This document shows positions 13,443 through 25,821 of a stretch of 64,000 nucleotides of DNA, piece after piece. The translations under genes and the position numbers were made by a program. How positions within the stretch are numbered: position 1 is the first letter of the stretch; every line of letters starts with the position of its first letter. The DNA is from Octopus sinensis (lineage: Eukaryota). The stretch spans positions 43,710,001 to 43,774,000 of the forward strand of contig NC_043015.1 in NCBI RefSeq assembly GCF_006345805.1, given 5' to 3'. The notes beneath the pieces were generated by a model, which ran no database searches, had not been told where the DNA came from, and worked only from the letters and a program-made list of their open reading frames with translations.

Positions 13443-14269
13443 CTCTATAACTACATTCAATTAACTTGTCACTTGCCGGATCTTAAATTTTGAATTAAAA
13501 ATACTAGGGTCAATTTGTTCTATTAAACCCTTCAGGACGATGTTCCAGCCTGGCCACTGTCTAACGATCGCAACAAATAACAGGTAACATACACATAGAC
13601 GCACATTAAGTCTGTAAACTTTGGTTTCATTCTCGTTTATTTCTTTGCAAATAACGATTTCGAAAATCTACAATCAAAGGAAGTTCTAGCCTCGTTTCAA
13701 ACCATCGTCTTTTGAATCGTGCTATTGCATTCTTCTTTTACTAAGACATTTGCTTTGAGACTTAAAGATGCTATTTCTAGCAATTTGACGTTCCCAAAGG
13801 GAGTTCATGATTGGTTCATTGGCCAGCAAAGCTTATGCTTCTGAGGGTATTTGATAGCAAAATTGTGCGCCACTATTTAGCAGATTCGAGTTAACAATCT
13901 TCCGACCTCTGTACCGACAAAAATGGCGACGCTTCACAGGCGTACGCTCAAACCACGCCCGCACTCACGCCTACACATACACATTCATATACCATGAATC
14001 AATTGATCAATATATATCTTGTTTCTCTCGTTTGCTTGATTAAATATAAAAATATTAGATCAATTTGCACATCACACATCTATTAGATAGTGTTATAGTC
14101 TCTTTATGCGTTTATGCATATGTTGATGAATGGAAGCACCAGAAACTAATAGCGTATATATATATATACATACATATACATATATATATATACATACATA
14201 TACATATATATATATATATAATATATATATATATATATACATACATACATACATACATACATACATACG

Positions 14270-14360
<91 letters not shown>

Positions 14361-14801
14361 GTAGGTATATATGTATCTATGCTTATATATGATATTAGCA
14401 ATATGATAACAGCAAAAGTGATATGGAAACTAATAATAGTATATAAATACACGTTTCTACATGGCTGTGCAGAAATTAGATGCTGTACATTTAAGCAATA
14501 ATAATAATAACAAAGGGAAAGAAACGAGAAGAAACAGGAACCAAACAAAAGATATATCTATATATATAAAATAAACAAATGCAGTTTTATGTATAATGTT
14601 ATCATGCACCTAAATCGCCAGCATTCACTCGTTGATAATTATTTTTGCAATGAAGTTTACATAAAGAAAACTGAAATACAATCAACCACACATACACACA
14701 TACATATATATACATACATACATATACATATATATATACATATATACATACATTCATATATACATAAGCATGCATTTTAATATATATATATACATACATA
14801 C

Positions 14802-14833
<32 letters not shown>

Positions 14834-15155
14834 ATATATATATAATATATATATATATACATATATTTATACATATAGACATACATACATACATATACAT
14901 ATATATATACATACATACACACATACACACATATATATATATATGTATATATATATATAATATATATATATATATAGTACACGTATGCCTAAAATATATA
15001 CATATATATATACGTATGTATGTATGTATATATATATGTATATATATATATTATATATATAGTACACGTATGCCTAAAATATATACATATCTATACTTAC
15101 AAATATCTATATGCATAATACATACAAGCATACAAATACATACATACGAACACAT

Positions 15156-15190
<35 letters not shown>

Positions 15191-15899
15191 CATACGTACA
15201 CGTTTATATGTATGTATGTATATATATATATATGTATATATACATACACATATATATGTGTATATAACCAGCATCTATGTAGGTATCAGCTATCATCTCT
15301 TGATGTATAAACTTTTAAACCACTGATGTTTGCAGTGATAATTTTATAATAGACATTAAGCAACTCAGTATATTTAACTTGTACATATTTAAAATAAAAC
15401 CGATCAACGTGTTTATAATTCATGTATTTAAGGTTCGTTGAATTAGATTGCTATTTAGATAGGCCCGGAAAACAAGCAATGATATACAAGCAAACACTTA
15501 CACAGAGTATTAAACACAGGCAAAAGCGAATCGAGAATTATCAGCTTTCATGAATGTAGCATATACATTTAACCCTTTTGTTGAACTTTATCAATAATGT
15601 ATCCGTTAAGTGCCCCGTATAGGAATGATTGGTGTTTGCTTTAGGGTGACATATTTAGCGGCAGAATGTTATGGCGATTTGTCATTTTGTAGAAAGCCTT
15701 TATTTTAAATGGGTATGAAATAAAGCCAGATTTTGATACCTATACACATACACACACACGGGCCCACATAATTTTAGGCTCGTCCATACTTATATACTCA
15801 CGCACTTGCTCCCATTCACACATACACACTCACACACCCTATTCTCACATGCACACACGAGGTTGCGCACCTTAGTTAGTCCGGATCACCGTTATTATC

Positions 15900-16045
15900 A
15901 CCATTTTCCCCTCTTAATCTTTTCTGTCGGAGAGCGTTGGCTTGAAACGTCAAAGACTCATCCATTCTTCCCGAGTGTTAAGCTAATACGCCTACTTGTT
16001 GTTGCTTCACCTGTCTTCGCTTTTTGTTTTCTATAAATTTCAACT
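15900..16045 (+). mobile_element. Short HHR-bearing dispersed repeat, copy 2
   Basis: 15920-15955: TTT CTGTCGGA GAGC GTTG GCTT GAAACGT C AAAG; downstream sequence homologous to the other copies. Confidence 0.7.
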
Positions 16046-16076
16046 ACACGCACACAAACACACACACACACACACA

Positions 16077-16107
<31 letters not shown>

Positions 16108-16163
16108 CACATGCATATATATATATATATATAATATGATATGGTATAATAATGATAATAATA

Positions 16164-16194
<31 letters not shown>

Positions 16195-16195
<1 letters not shown>

Positions 16196-16650
16196 TGACT
16201 GTCCCATTCGATATAAACGTATCTGTCAAGACCTACCAAAAACTGAGCAAATATAAAGATCTTGAAATAGAAATCAACAAAATGTGGAACCTAAATACTA
16301 AAACAATACCCGTTGTCATAGTTGCCCTGGAAATGATAGCAAAAGGGGCTGATTGATACCTAGCTCAGATACCAGGAAACCCCAAAATGGCAGAAATTCA
16401 AAAGACAGTGCTCATGGGAACTGCTCATATCCTACGCAAAATACTTTCTATGTAATCTCAAGTTTTAAAACAAACATAAGTTTCGTATGTTTTTTTTAGA
16501 CATTCACTAGTACAACACTAAATACAAAACCAAATATATGGCACACTAGGCATAACAACACCATGAACTTCCAGCCTGTTGTCTCTTGAGGTCTCTGGGT
16601 GAGACTTGGAGCCAACTTGTACAAATGTAAAGCAAAAGAATAATAATAAT
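16195..16650 (+). mobile_element. 5'-truncated R4/Dong-like LINE (RLE C-terminus plus 3' UTR)
   Basis: After (TAA)n it reads ..KLSKYKDLEIEINKMWNLNTKTIPVVIVALEMI..; ends in a TAA tract. Confidence 0.85.
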
Positions 16651-17390
16651 ATGGCTGCTAACGTTCTCCAAAACGGTTGTGACCCTAAATGCAGTTTCTG
16701 CGACGCATTTGACGAAACAATACACCATCTCGTCTCGGGTTGTCCTCGGGAATATAATAATCGTCACCATATTTACATTGGAAAATCTGTAGACACTGCA
16801 AAATCAGCACTCTTGCTTAGTGGTATGAACATCATCCTGAGCCAGTCATTGAAGGTAAAAATGTCACTATCCTCTGGGATTTTCCAGTCAACACTGACAA
16901 ATCGATCCAGGCTAATCGACCAGACATAATTATAAGATACAGGAAGAAAAGACTTGTACACTATTATATGTATGTGTTCCTACTGATAAAAATATATCTG
17001 TCAAGGAATTTGACAAACCAAATAAATATAAATACCTGGAAATTGAAATACAAAAGATATGTCATCTTAAAACGAGAACTGTTCCTATTATTGTAGGTTC
17101 CCTAGGTATGATAAAAAAAGGAATGTCAGAAACATCTAGATAAGATCCCAGGAGAACCATGTCTCAGAGAAATCTAAAAGATTGTGTTGACAAGTACTGT
17201 CCACATCCTTAGAAAAATCATATACGTTTAAATGTCTGTGTTGTATTACGTGAAGATACTTCACTACCTCTTCTCGCCAAGCTTTCAGTCACACTGTAAA
17301 ATCTCTTACCATTCACTCACCTCAAGACGCTGGATGTCTCTTGGCAAGCGGCTGTAAGTAATATGCAGATTAAAAGTAAAAAATAATAAA
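16651..17390 (+). mobile_element. Second 5'-truncated R4/Dong-like LINE (CCHC knuckle plus restriction-like endonuclease)
   Basis: DPKCSFCDAFDETIHHLVSGCP (CCHC), ANRPDIIIR, KYKYLEIEI motifs across frameshifts. Confidence 0.85.
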
Positions 17391-17425
17391 ATGTATATGC
17401 ATATATATATACATATGTATGTATT

Positions 17426-17459
<34 letters not shown>

Positions 17460-17517
17460 CATATATATGTATTTATATATATATATATATAATATATATA
17501 TATATATATAATATATT

Positions 17518-17551
<34 letters not shown>

Positions 17552-17570
17552 CATATATATGTATTTATAT

Positions 17571-18175
17571 ATGCAATTGTCTATGCAGATTTATATTATT
17601 AGAAAATAATGTAAATAAAGTGTTAAAATCTGAAAGTTAAGTTAACAAGCAATTATATAAAAAAGATAATGCAAATGAAGCTAAAATGATAGTTTTATAA
17701 TTTGGGTTTTATTGAAGAACTCAAAAGAGTTGTCTCCCCTTACTCACAACACAGGAACTGAAGAACCAGGACCACAATTACTACTACTTCCTGTCCTGCA
17801 AACATGCTGAATTTAACAACACAACACAACACATGCTCTTAATCCCTTTGGATCTTAACACCTCAAGGTAATTTTTTCGTAAACAACCATAAAACGCAAG
17901 ATACACAACGAACTCACAATGTATCGGAGAACTTATTTTTTAATTTTTGTACATTTTTATCATTATTCTTTTACAAAAAACAATGCAATTTTCTTTTTTT
18001 CCCCTTTCTAATTTTTAAAAAAAACTTCTTAAAACATAAATATTCTTGACAAGTCATACAATGACGAAAACCGGTTGAATAAATTGTACATTTATATATT
18101 TTATCATTTTCTCATTTTATTAAAATTTTCTTTCATTTGAGCATTCTGCATTTTTTAAAAAAATTTTTCCTTACT
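17571..18175 (+). repeat. 5' pseudo-LTR of the PLE
   Basis: Near-identical to 22094-22696, differing by a few small indels. Confidence 0.95.
18041..18081 (+). ncRNA. Minimal type I hammerhead-like motif in the 5' pLTR (U3-A8 core, one extra A)
   Basis: TATTC TTGACAA GTCAT-ACA-ATGAC GAAAA CCGGTT GAATA: stem I TATTC/GAATA, 5-bp stem II, palindromic AACCGGTT stem III. Confidence 0.7.
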
Positions 18176-18251
18176 TATCATTTCTCCACGTGCGGTCAAC
18201 ACAACCCCACCATTTATTGATCTGTACCCTCTACCACACGTGTGATTCAGA

Positions 18252-21200
18252 ATGCCTCCGAAAAACAAGAGCACTCTTACAGAGACAGTCACCAATAAGA
18301 CCATTCTAAAAGAACTCAAAGTACTCAATACACATCTACTTACATTCTCCAAAAAAATTGACGAACTTCTCCATCAATCCCGGGACAACTCAGAAAACAA
18401 CCATCATCAACAACTTTCGGATAAAATTGATGTAAACCTAAACGAAATCAACACTACACTGAAAACTCTACTTACCAATTCAACGCCAAAGAGACCTCAG
18501 ACACCACTCAACACACAGAAGGAACACACTTCAACCCCAGCACAACGCATTAAAAACCAGATCATCACTACTTGGACTAAGAAACTACACAACAGAAAAC
18601 TTCTCTTCTGGAACATGCTCAAAAACCAAAACAAAGCTGAAATTTACGACAAATGGTTAAACTCCTCCCCTATCATACTACCCCGAAAATTCCAAATCAA
18701 ACACATCCAGACGAACCTGAAAAACAACGCTCCCTAAGAGAAAAACTAACATTGGAAAAAACGAAAACCGAAGTAGAACTTCTAAAACTCAGAGCACAAA
18801 ACCACGAACAAAAATACACAAAAATAGACGATGAGATACTTCTAGAACTAACCTCACACACCAACGAACAGCCCCTCGAACTTGTTATTAAACTATGGAA
18901 AGATGAATGTGAAAAGGAAGAACGAACCTCCCTTAAACGCTGGGAAAACAACAAAGATTTCTTCCTCAACTATGAAACACAATTCATATTAAACCATAAA
19001 TCCAAAAACCCATTCATAAAAGTACCCACAACACAGACTTCCACTGTACCCCATAAACACCATTCCAAACCGCACCTCAAATACACATACTCTCCAAACC
19101 CCCTCCTAACAGGACACAACCTCCCCCAACCATATAAAAAACCTTTTCCCCCCCGAAACATCTCAAACAAGACCCACCACAAAACCTGGTTTTCCAATCA
19201 CCCTAACACCCCTCCCCCACCGATTAGAACCTTCAAGGACCTCCCATACACTAAAAATTATCCCCCCCCCCTCAAGGCTCCCCCCCCTCACACTAATAAC
19301 AAACAAGGCATCCTACCCACACCGATACATATAAGACCCACCCAACGAACCCCCTATAGTCCACCCATCCAACAACCACATTCCTACCACATCTCCTACA
19401 GATCTCCAAACCCTCACATCCCACACGAACCCAATCACCACAACTACATACCCCCCTACATCCCCCCATACAATCTACCAGACACACACCCACAAACCCA
19501 TCGCATTTCTCACAAATCCTTACACCATCGCATCCCATGCCAACACAAATACGACAACTACCTACCCCCCTCCAACCTCCCCACCCAAAAACACTCCTAC
19601 ACATACAACCAGAACTTTAACAAAGAATACACCCCTTACCTCAACAACCATTTTTTAGACAGAGGGAAAATACAAACACCACCGCTAACACAGACCCAAA
19701 ATAAGAAAACAAAAATTATAAACCTCTCCAGCAACACTGACACCAACCCAAATCAACATCCTAGCAAGAGGTTTGAAATTCACACCCACCCAAGAACAAC
19801 CCATGACGTTTCTGAATTCTGCAGAAAACTTCGCCTAACAGCTTTGACAGATATCAACAATGGGGACGACTCATTGATCAGAAATAAAAGCAACTTCCTA
19901 CCACCCAAAGGGAGAAATAAAACACTGGACGATTTCTGTAAACACATCCAGAGTCTCCCCTTTACCCCAAGCAAAACAAGGTAAAATCCAATTTCAGTAA
20001 GGAAGAATGGGAAAACCTACGTGACATACAACTGGATAAAAACCTCACCATCAAAGAAGCGGACAAAGGGAGTGCTGTGGTCCTTATGGACACGGAATTT
20101 TATAAACACCTAGTGTTCTCCATGCTTAACAATAACATTTTCTATGAGGTTATTAACAACTACAAACAGCAAAAAACAATCAGAAACCTCACCACACTCA
20201 TACGCCAACACGGTCAGGGACTCACAGAAAAAGAAAGGGATTATATCACCATTTTCAAATGCAAGCCCAGCCTTTTTTATGGCCTTCCTAAAATCCATAA
20301 AAACAAATACATCACCGAAGCCTGCAAACTCTCCACTGACATCCACATCAACATCAAAGCACCGGAGGACCTAAAACTAAGGCCCATCGTGGCTGGTACC
20401 TCCTGTGAAACACACCGCCTGAGTAACTTCCTAGACATCCTTTTGAAACCTTTCCTTACCCACATCAAAAGTTTCATTAGGGATGATCTGGACATGCTCA
20501 AACCCTCCCGAAAAGTTAACGAGGAGGCACTCCTGGTATCTTTGATGTCATCAACCTCTACACCAACATTCCACATGAGTATGGTATAGAGGCAATTGAC
20601 TTCTGGCTAGAAAAACACCCAGAGACATTCCCTGACCGCATTAACAAGTCTTTTATTACAGAATCTCTTAAGTTCATTCTGACAAACAATTTTTTTCTCT
20701 TCGACGACACACACTACCGTCAAAAATGTGGCATTGCGATGGGTACCAAGGCTGCACCAGTCCTTGCGAACCTCATAATGGGTTACTTCGAACTGTCACT
20801 CTATGAAATATCAAGCCAGAAATTTGGACATGTTTTCCACACCTACCTAATGGAAAACTGGAAAAGGTATTTAGATGATTGTTTCATCATATGGAAAGAA
20901 CCTTATGAAAAACTCCTGGAATTCAAAACCATACTAAACAACATACATCCCAACATCCAATTCACTATGGAATTAAGCAAACATCATCTCCCATTCCTTG
21001 ATCTCCTAATTATAAAAACACCTAAGAACCAAATCATAACAGACATCTACCACAAACCTACAGACTCACAACAATACCTCCTCTTTAGTTCATGCCACCC
21101 AAAACACCCCAAGACAAATATCCCTTTCAATTTAGCTAAAAGGGTATGCACCATTGTCTCGGATCCAAAAACACAAGAAATACGCCTTCAAGACCTCAAA

Positions 21201-21930
21201 AAAACACTATTACAACGTCAATATCCCTCCACCCTTATAGAGTATGGAATAAAACGCGCCAAAGAACTAGACAACACTACACTGAAAACCACCCAACCTA
21301 ACACCACACACAACCTCAAAATACTTCCATACATTTCCACCCACAACCACAAAAATATCGAAGCATACACCACAATCATACAAAACCTCAGTCTACTGTC
21401 AACAGACCCAAAAAAAACATTATAAATACACACAAAATCCTCAAATGCAAAAGGCAACACAAATCTTTAAAAAACTCTTGACAAATGCCAAACTTCACAC
21501 ACCACATCCACCCCAACAGTAAAAAAATGTGCACGCTCAAACTGTGGTACCTGCCCCTTTCTACTTGAAGGCTCTGAATTTACCTTCAAACAAGGTACGA
21601 AGTTTAAAATCAAGTCTAACTTCTCCTGTTCCTCCGAGAACCTTATCTACGTTCTCACATGCGCTGGTTGGCAACATAATTATGTTGGACAAACGAGTCT
21701 CCCGTTACGTAAACGAGTAACGGTGCATAAAGAACAAATAAATCTCCGGAATACCGACAAATTCCACTGAGTGACCACTTAGACTCATGTGCTAAAGACT
21801 AAACCCCAAATTCTATATATTCCCCTTCTACCAATGTAAAGACGGGATCACCACACAGGAGAGAATTAACAAAGAGAATCTCTTTATTGAAAAATTCCAA
21901 ACACAACTTAATATGCAAACTCCTCGTTGA
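18252..21930 (+). pseudogene. PLE polyprotein (N-terminal domain, RT, GIY-YIG endonuclease), broken by short indels in this assembly
   Basis: ORF pieces 18252-18737, 18653-19984, 20077-20589 and 20739-21425, plus EN motifs at 21530-21910, join into one protein when 1-2 bp indels are corrected. Confidence 0.9.
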
Positions 21931-22093
21931 TCAAACTTCCTTTCTCTACCTCACTTTTCATGGATGGACTAACACAAATATATAAAGATACCATGCATTC
22001 ATCACTTCAAGCTAAAACTTATATTCTTTAAATATCATTTTTACTATTGTTGTTATTACTATCATTTTTATTATAAATGATATGACAATTGAA

Positions 22094-22692
22094 ATGCAAT
22101 TGTCTATGCAGATTTATATTATTAGAAAATAATGTAAATAAAGTGTTAAAATCTGAAAGTTAAGTTAACAAGCAATTATATAAAAAAGAATGCAAATGAA
22201 GCTAAAATGATAGTTTTATAATTTGGGTTTTATTGAAGAACTCAAAAGAGTTGTCTCCCCTTACTCACAACACAGGAACTGAAGAACCAGGACCACAATT
22301 ACTACTACTTCCTGTCCTGCAAACATGCTGAATTTAACAACACAACACACACACATGCTCTTAATCCCTTTGGATCTTAACACCTCAAGGTAATTTTTTC
22401 GTAAACAACCATAAAACGCAAGATACACAACGAACTCACAATGTATCGGAGAACTTATTTTTTAATTTTTGTACATTTTTATCATTATTCTTTTACAAAA
22501 AACAATGCAATTTTCTTTTTTTCCCCTTTCTAATTTTTAAAAAAAACTTCTTAAAACATAAATATTCTTGACAAGTCATACAATGACGAAAACCGGTTGA
22601 ATAAATATACATTTATATATTTTCTCATTTTCTCATTTTATTAAAATTTTCTTTCATTTGAGCATTCTGCATTTTTAAAAAAAATTTTTCCT

Positions 22693-22696
<4 letters not shown>
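22094..22696 (+). repeat. 3' pseudo-LTR of the PLE
   Basis: Near-identical to 17571-18175; runs directly into (TA)n. Confidence 0.95.
22563..22603 (+). ncRNA. Same hammerhead-like motif in the 3' pLTR
   Basis: Identical to 18041-18081. Confidence 0.7.
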
Positions 22697-22764
<68 letters not shown>

Positions 22765-23823
22765 GTATATATGTCGGAGATATTCAGTATTCTTTAACCC
22801 TCGGTGTCGCGTAGGAGATTTCCCAAGATGCAGCCAATTCGGCATATAAAGGAAACACGTAGACTATGTACGTGCGATCGATAATGCTTACATTATTGCA
22901 GCTGCTTTAATATATATTCATGTATGTATACTTACGTCGGATCGCTCTTGAGTATTACTGATAACACGTAATCTAGTACAAGCTATTGCATGCTCGGATT
23001 GTCGGCGAATAAAGCGGCAACGCCACCAATCCTGTTTGGTGAGTAGGGTGGTTATGGGACACTCTGCGGGATAAAAATGAGGGACCCTCAGGAACTCATC
23101 TTCTGTGGCTTTCCATGAACTGGAATGCACGACATGTATCAACTTCAATTCATGCGTCTGTTTTTTGATAAAAAGACGCAAAACATCCAGAGAGCTAGAT
23201 GATAAAAAAAAGGGGACAAGAAAAAACACGGATGGATGATTCAACGTTTTCTTTCTTGAGTCGAGTTCCAAATTATCTTTGCAATTTCGGCTGGTTATAC
23301 TCGAGATTGCTCCAATTTGGCCAGCTCCAAGGAAAACCTAAGCTAAGACCATTAGATTCCTTGGAAGCAAGCAGCGAATGTATACGAAAACAAGGACGGA
23401 AAAAAACGGAGAAATAGTATACAAATACAAATGCAAATAACAGAACATAACAACAGGTGTCTTTCGACTAAGGACTAATTATATTAAGCTGGCGTGTGGA
23501 AGTGAAGGCTTACGGTAGGGACATAAGAGATGACAGGCATAGTGAGAAATATAGATGTTGCACGGATGATAGCCGAACCAAGAAAGAAAGGTCAGGCTTG
23601 GCCCAATACCGGTCACGTGGAGAGAGAGACGAGACAGGTAGAGGCAGAGGGATAGAAGAATTAGAGAGGGATGGGAAAAAAGAAAAGGGACAGAGTGAAG
23701 TGAAAGAGGAGGGAAGGTGAGAATATAGATGTTGCACAGATGGTAGTGACCGGTGTTCGGTCAAGCCTGACCTTTCTTTCTCGACTTGACTAGCCTTGTG
23801 AGTGGATTTGGTAGCCGGAAACC

Positions 23824-23871
<48 letters not shown>

Positions 23872-23884
23872 ATATACACATATA

Positions 23885-24045
23885 TAGGAAGAATTCATGA
23901 AAAAACAAAAGAGGAAGACAGGTGGTGTATAAAACAAATAGATATATTAGTATACACTCAGGAATTGAAAAAGTCTTTTACGTTTCGAGCCTACGCTCTT
24001 CCACAGAAAGGAACACAGAAAGAAACACAGAAAAAACAAGGATAT
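23885..24045 (-). mobile_element. Short HHR-bearing dispersed repeat, copy 3
   Basis: 23975-24010 (minus): CTTT CTGTGGAA GAGC GTAG GCTC GAAACGT A AAAG; embedded in (TA)n. Confidence 0.75.
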
Positions 24046-24129
24046 ATATATATATAATATATATATATATATATTATATATATATATATCCCTGTTTCTT
24101 TCTGTCGTATATATATATATATATATATA

Positions 24130-24290
24130 AGACGGACTTCTTTCAGTTTCCGGCTACAAAATCCACTCACAGGGCTTTAGTCGGCTCGAGGCTATAGCAG
24201 AAGACACTTGGCCAAGGTGCCACATAGTGGTATGGAACCTGGAAGCATGCGGTTGGAAAGCAAGCTTCTTACCACACAGCCGCCTACGTA
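24130..24290 (-). mobile_element. Family B SINE 5' half
   Basis: Reverse complement matches the family B head up to the internal microsatellite. Confidence 0.75.
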
Positions 24291-24883
24291 CGTACGTACG
24301 TGCGTACGACGTACGTATGACCTACATTCATCGTTGTTCTTAAACTCATAAATCTCTTTCAGTTTGATTTTGGTTCATTAAATCCATAAATTAAGAAATA
24401 ACATTTCGACAGGCCTTACCATTGATAAAATATCACCAGATTCAATCTAAATTTGCCCTTCCCCTCTGATATATCGTTTAATTGTTGTCTTTTTCCACTT
24501 CATCTTGCTCAGAGATTATCTTTAGCATTATTGGTGTTGTTGTTTTTGATGTCATCGTCGTGGACGCCATCATCATCATCACCATCATCACCACCATCAC
24601 CACCATCATCACCGATCACCACAACCTCCACAATCATCATCGTCATCATCATCATCATCATCATCATTATTCATTGTATTAGTCGTAGTAGTAGTAATAG
24701 TAGTAACACTAGTAGTAGTGGTAGTACAGTCATATCATAATAAACTGTGACAGTTTTATTAATTAGAGATAATAGCCCATCAATTCAAATGAAATGAAAT
24801 ATTAAAATCCTTTCTTAATCTCTAAAAATATATCGTACATCACACTCTTCACTGTGTGCACGTATGTATATTTGTAGGTATAC

Positions 24884-24916
<33 letters not shown>

Positions 24917-25416
24917 TGTATGTATGTATGTGATGTATGTATGTGATGTATATTGATTTTCTATAAATTTTAACTATATATGTACAGAAAGTGAGAGACT
25001 GAGATAAAAGATCCAAGGCTGTAAATATTTTTCAGAATATTTATAAAGTCTTACAGGTGTTTCCGGGATATTGTTTCAATTTAAACATATATACATGCTA
25101 ATACATGGCCTACGTTGGACTCATCACTCGTATGATTATCGAACCTGGAGAATAAACATGGTTTATCCGTAGCACTTAGCGCTACCCGACACTTTTTGGT
25201 TCTTCTTGACACCGACACCTCTCATACCCTATACGTATATATATATATATATATCTGGTAATTGATATTTGATTTAGATGTATTTCTCCATTTTCTTATC
25301 TTGTATATATATATCTCTATATATCTCTATATATATACATTTACATAACACGTATATGCATACATAGAAACCTTCGAACAGAGACGTCAGTGGCGACACC
25401 TGCGGGGTTTGACTGC

Positions 25417-25458
25417 GCTACATTGACAAGGGGCAATACCCCGAAACGCGTCTGTAGC
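25417..25458 (+). ncRNA. Type I hammerhead ribozyme, copy 1 (predicted cleavage after C25452)
   Basis: GCTACA TTGACAA GGGG-CAATA-CCCC GAAA CGCG TC TGTAGC: 6-bp stem I, U3-A8 core, 4-bp G-C stem II, palindromic ACGCGT stem III, GUC cleavage triplet. Confidence 0.88.
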
Positions 25459-25779
25459 TGTCGGACTAGCAGTGTGAAGCGGCTGACCTCCCTTGTTCGA
25501 AGGTTATAATGGATACAGATCGTGTATCAATAGCTATCTTAAGGCGGTAGCCTCATGGAGCTGACCAGCGGCAGCGATTATTCTTATATCTATAAGAATG
25601 CCATATTAAAATGCGATAACAATTAATTTCCAGTAAACGCTGCCGTAATCTCTTTTATAGAGACTTAGTAATTTTAATATTTCTATTATTGAAAACAAGT
25701 GGATGTATTCCACTGAAACTAGGTAAATAGAAACCTTCGAACAGAGACGTCAGTGGCGACACCTGCGGGGTCTGACTGC

Positions 25780-25821
25780 GCTACATTGACAAGGGGCAAT
25801 ACCCCGAAACGCGTCTGTAGC
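25780..25821 (+). ncRNA. Type I hammerhead ribozyme, copy 2 (predicted cleavage after C25815)
   Basis: Identical motif 363 bp downstream. Confidence 0.88.

Larger units (their letters stand above)
17571..22696 (+). mobile_element. Penelope-like retroelement (Neptune-like), near full length, with direct pLTRs
   Basis: Direct repeats 17571-18175 and 22094-22696. Frameshifted ORF from 18252 to ~21930 contains IINLS/GLKFTPT, IKEADKG, FDVINLYTNIP, MGTKAAPVLANLIMG, WKRYLDD and LPFLD (RT), then C..C..C linker and LIYVLTC...YVGQT...R...H (GIY-YIG). Flanked by (TA)n, no TSD. Confidence 0.95.

Noticed and set aside
17656-17663. TATAAAAA as the PLE promoter
   Set aside because: Such motifs are ubiquitous at this AT content and there is no independent support.
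22918-23271. 117-aa minus-strand ORF in unique sequence
   Set aside because: No recognisable domain, splice pattern or partner exons; left unassigned.
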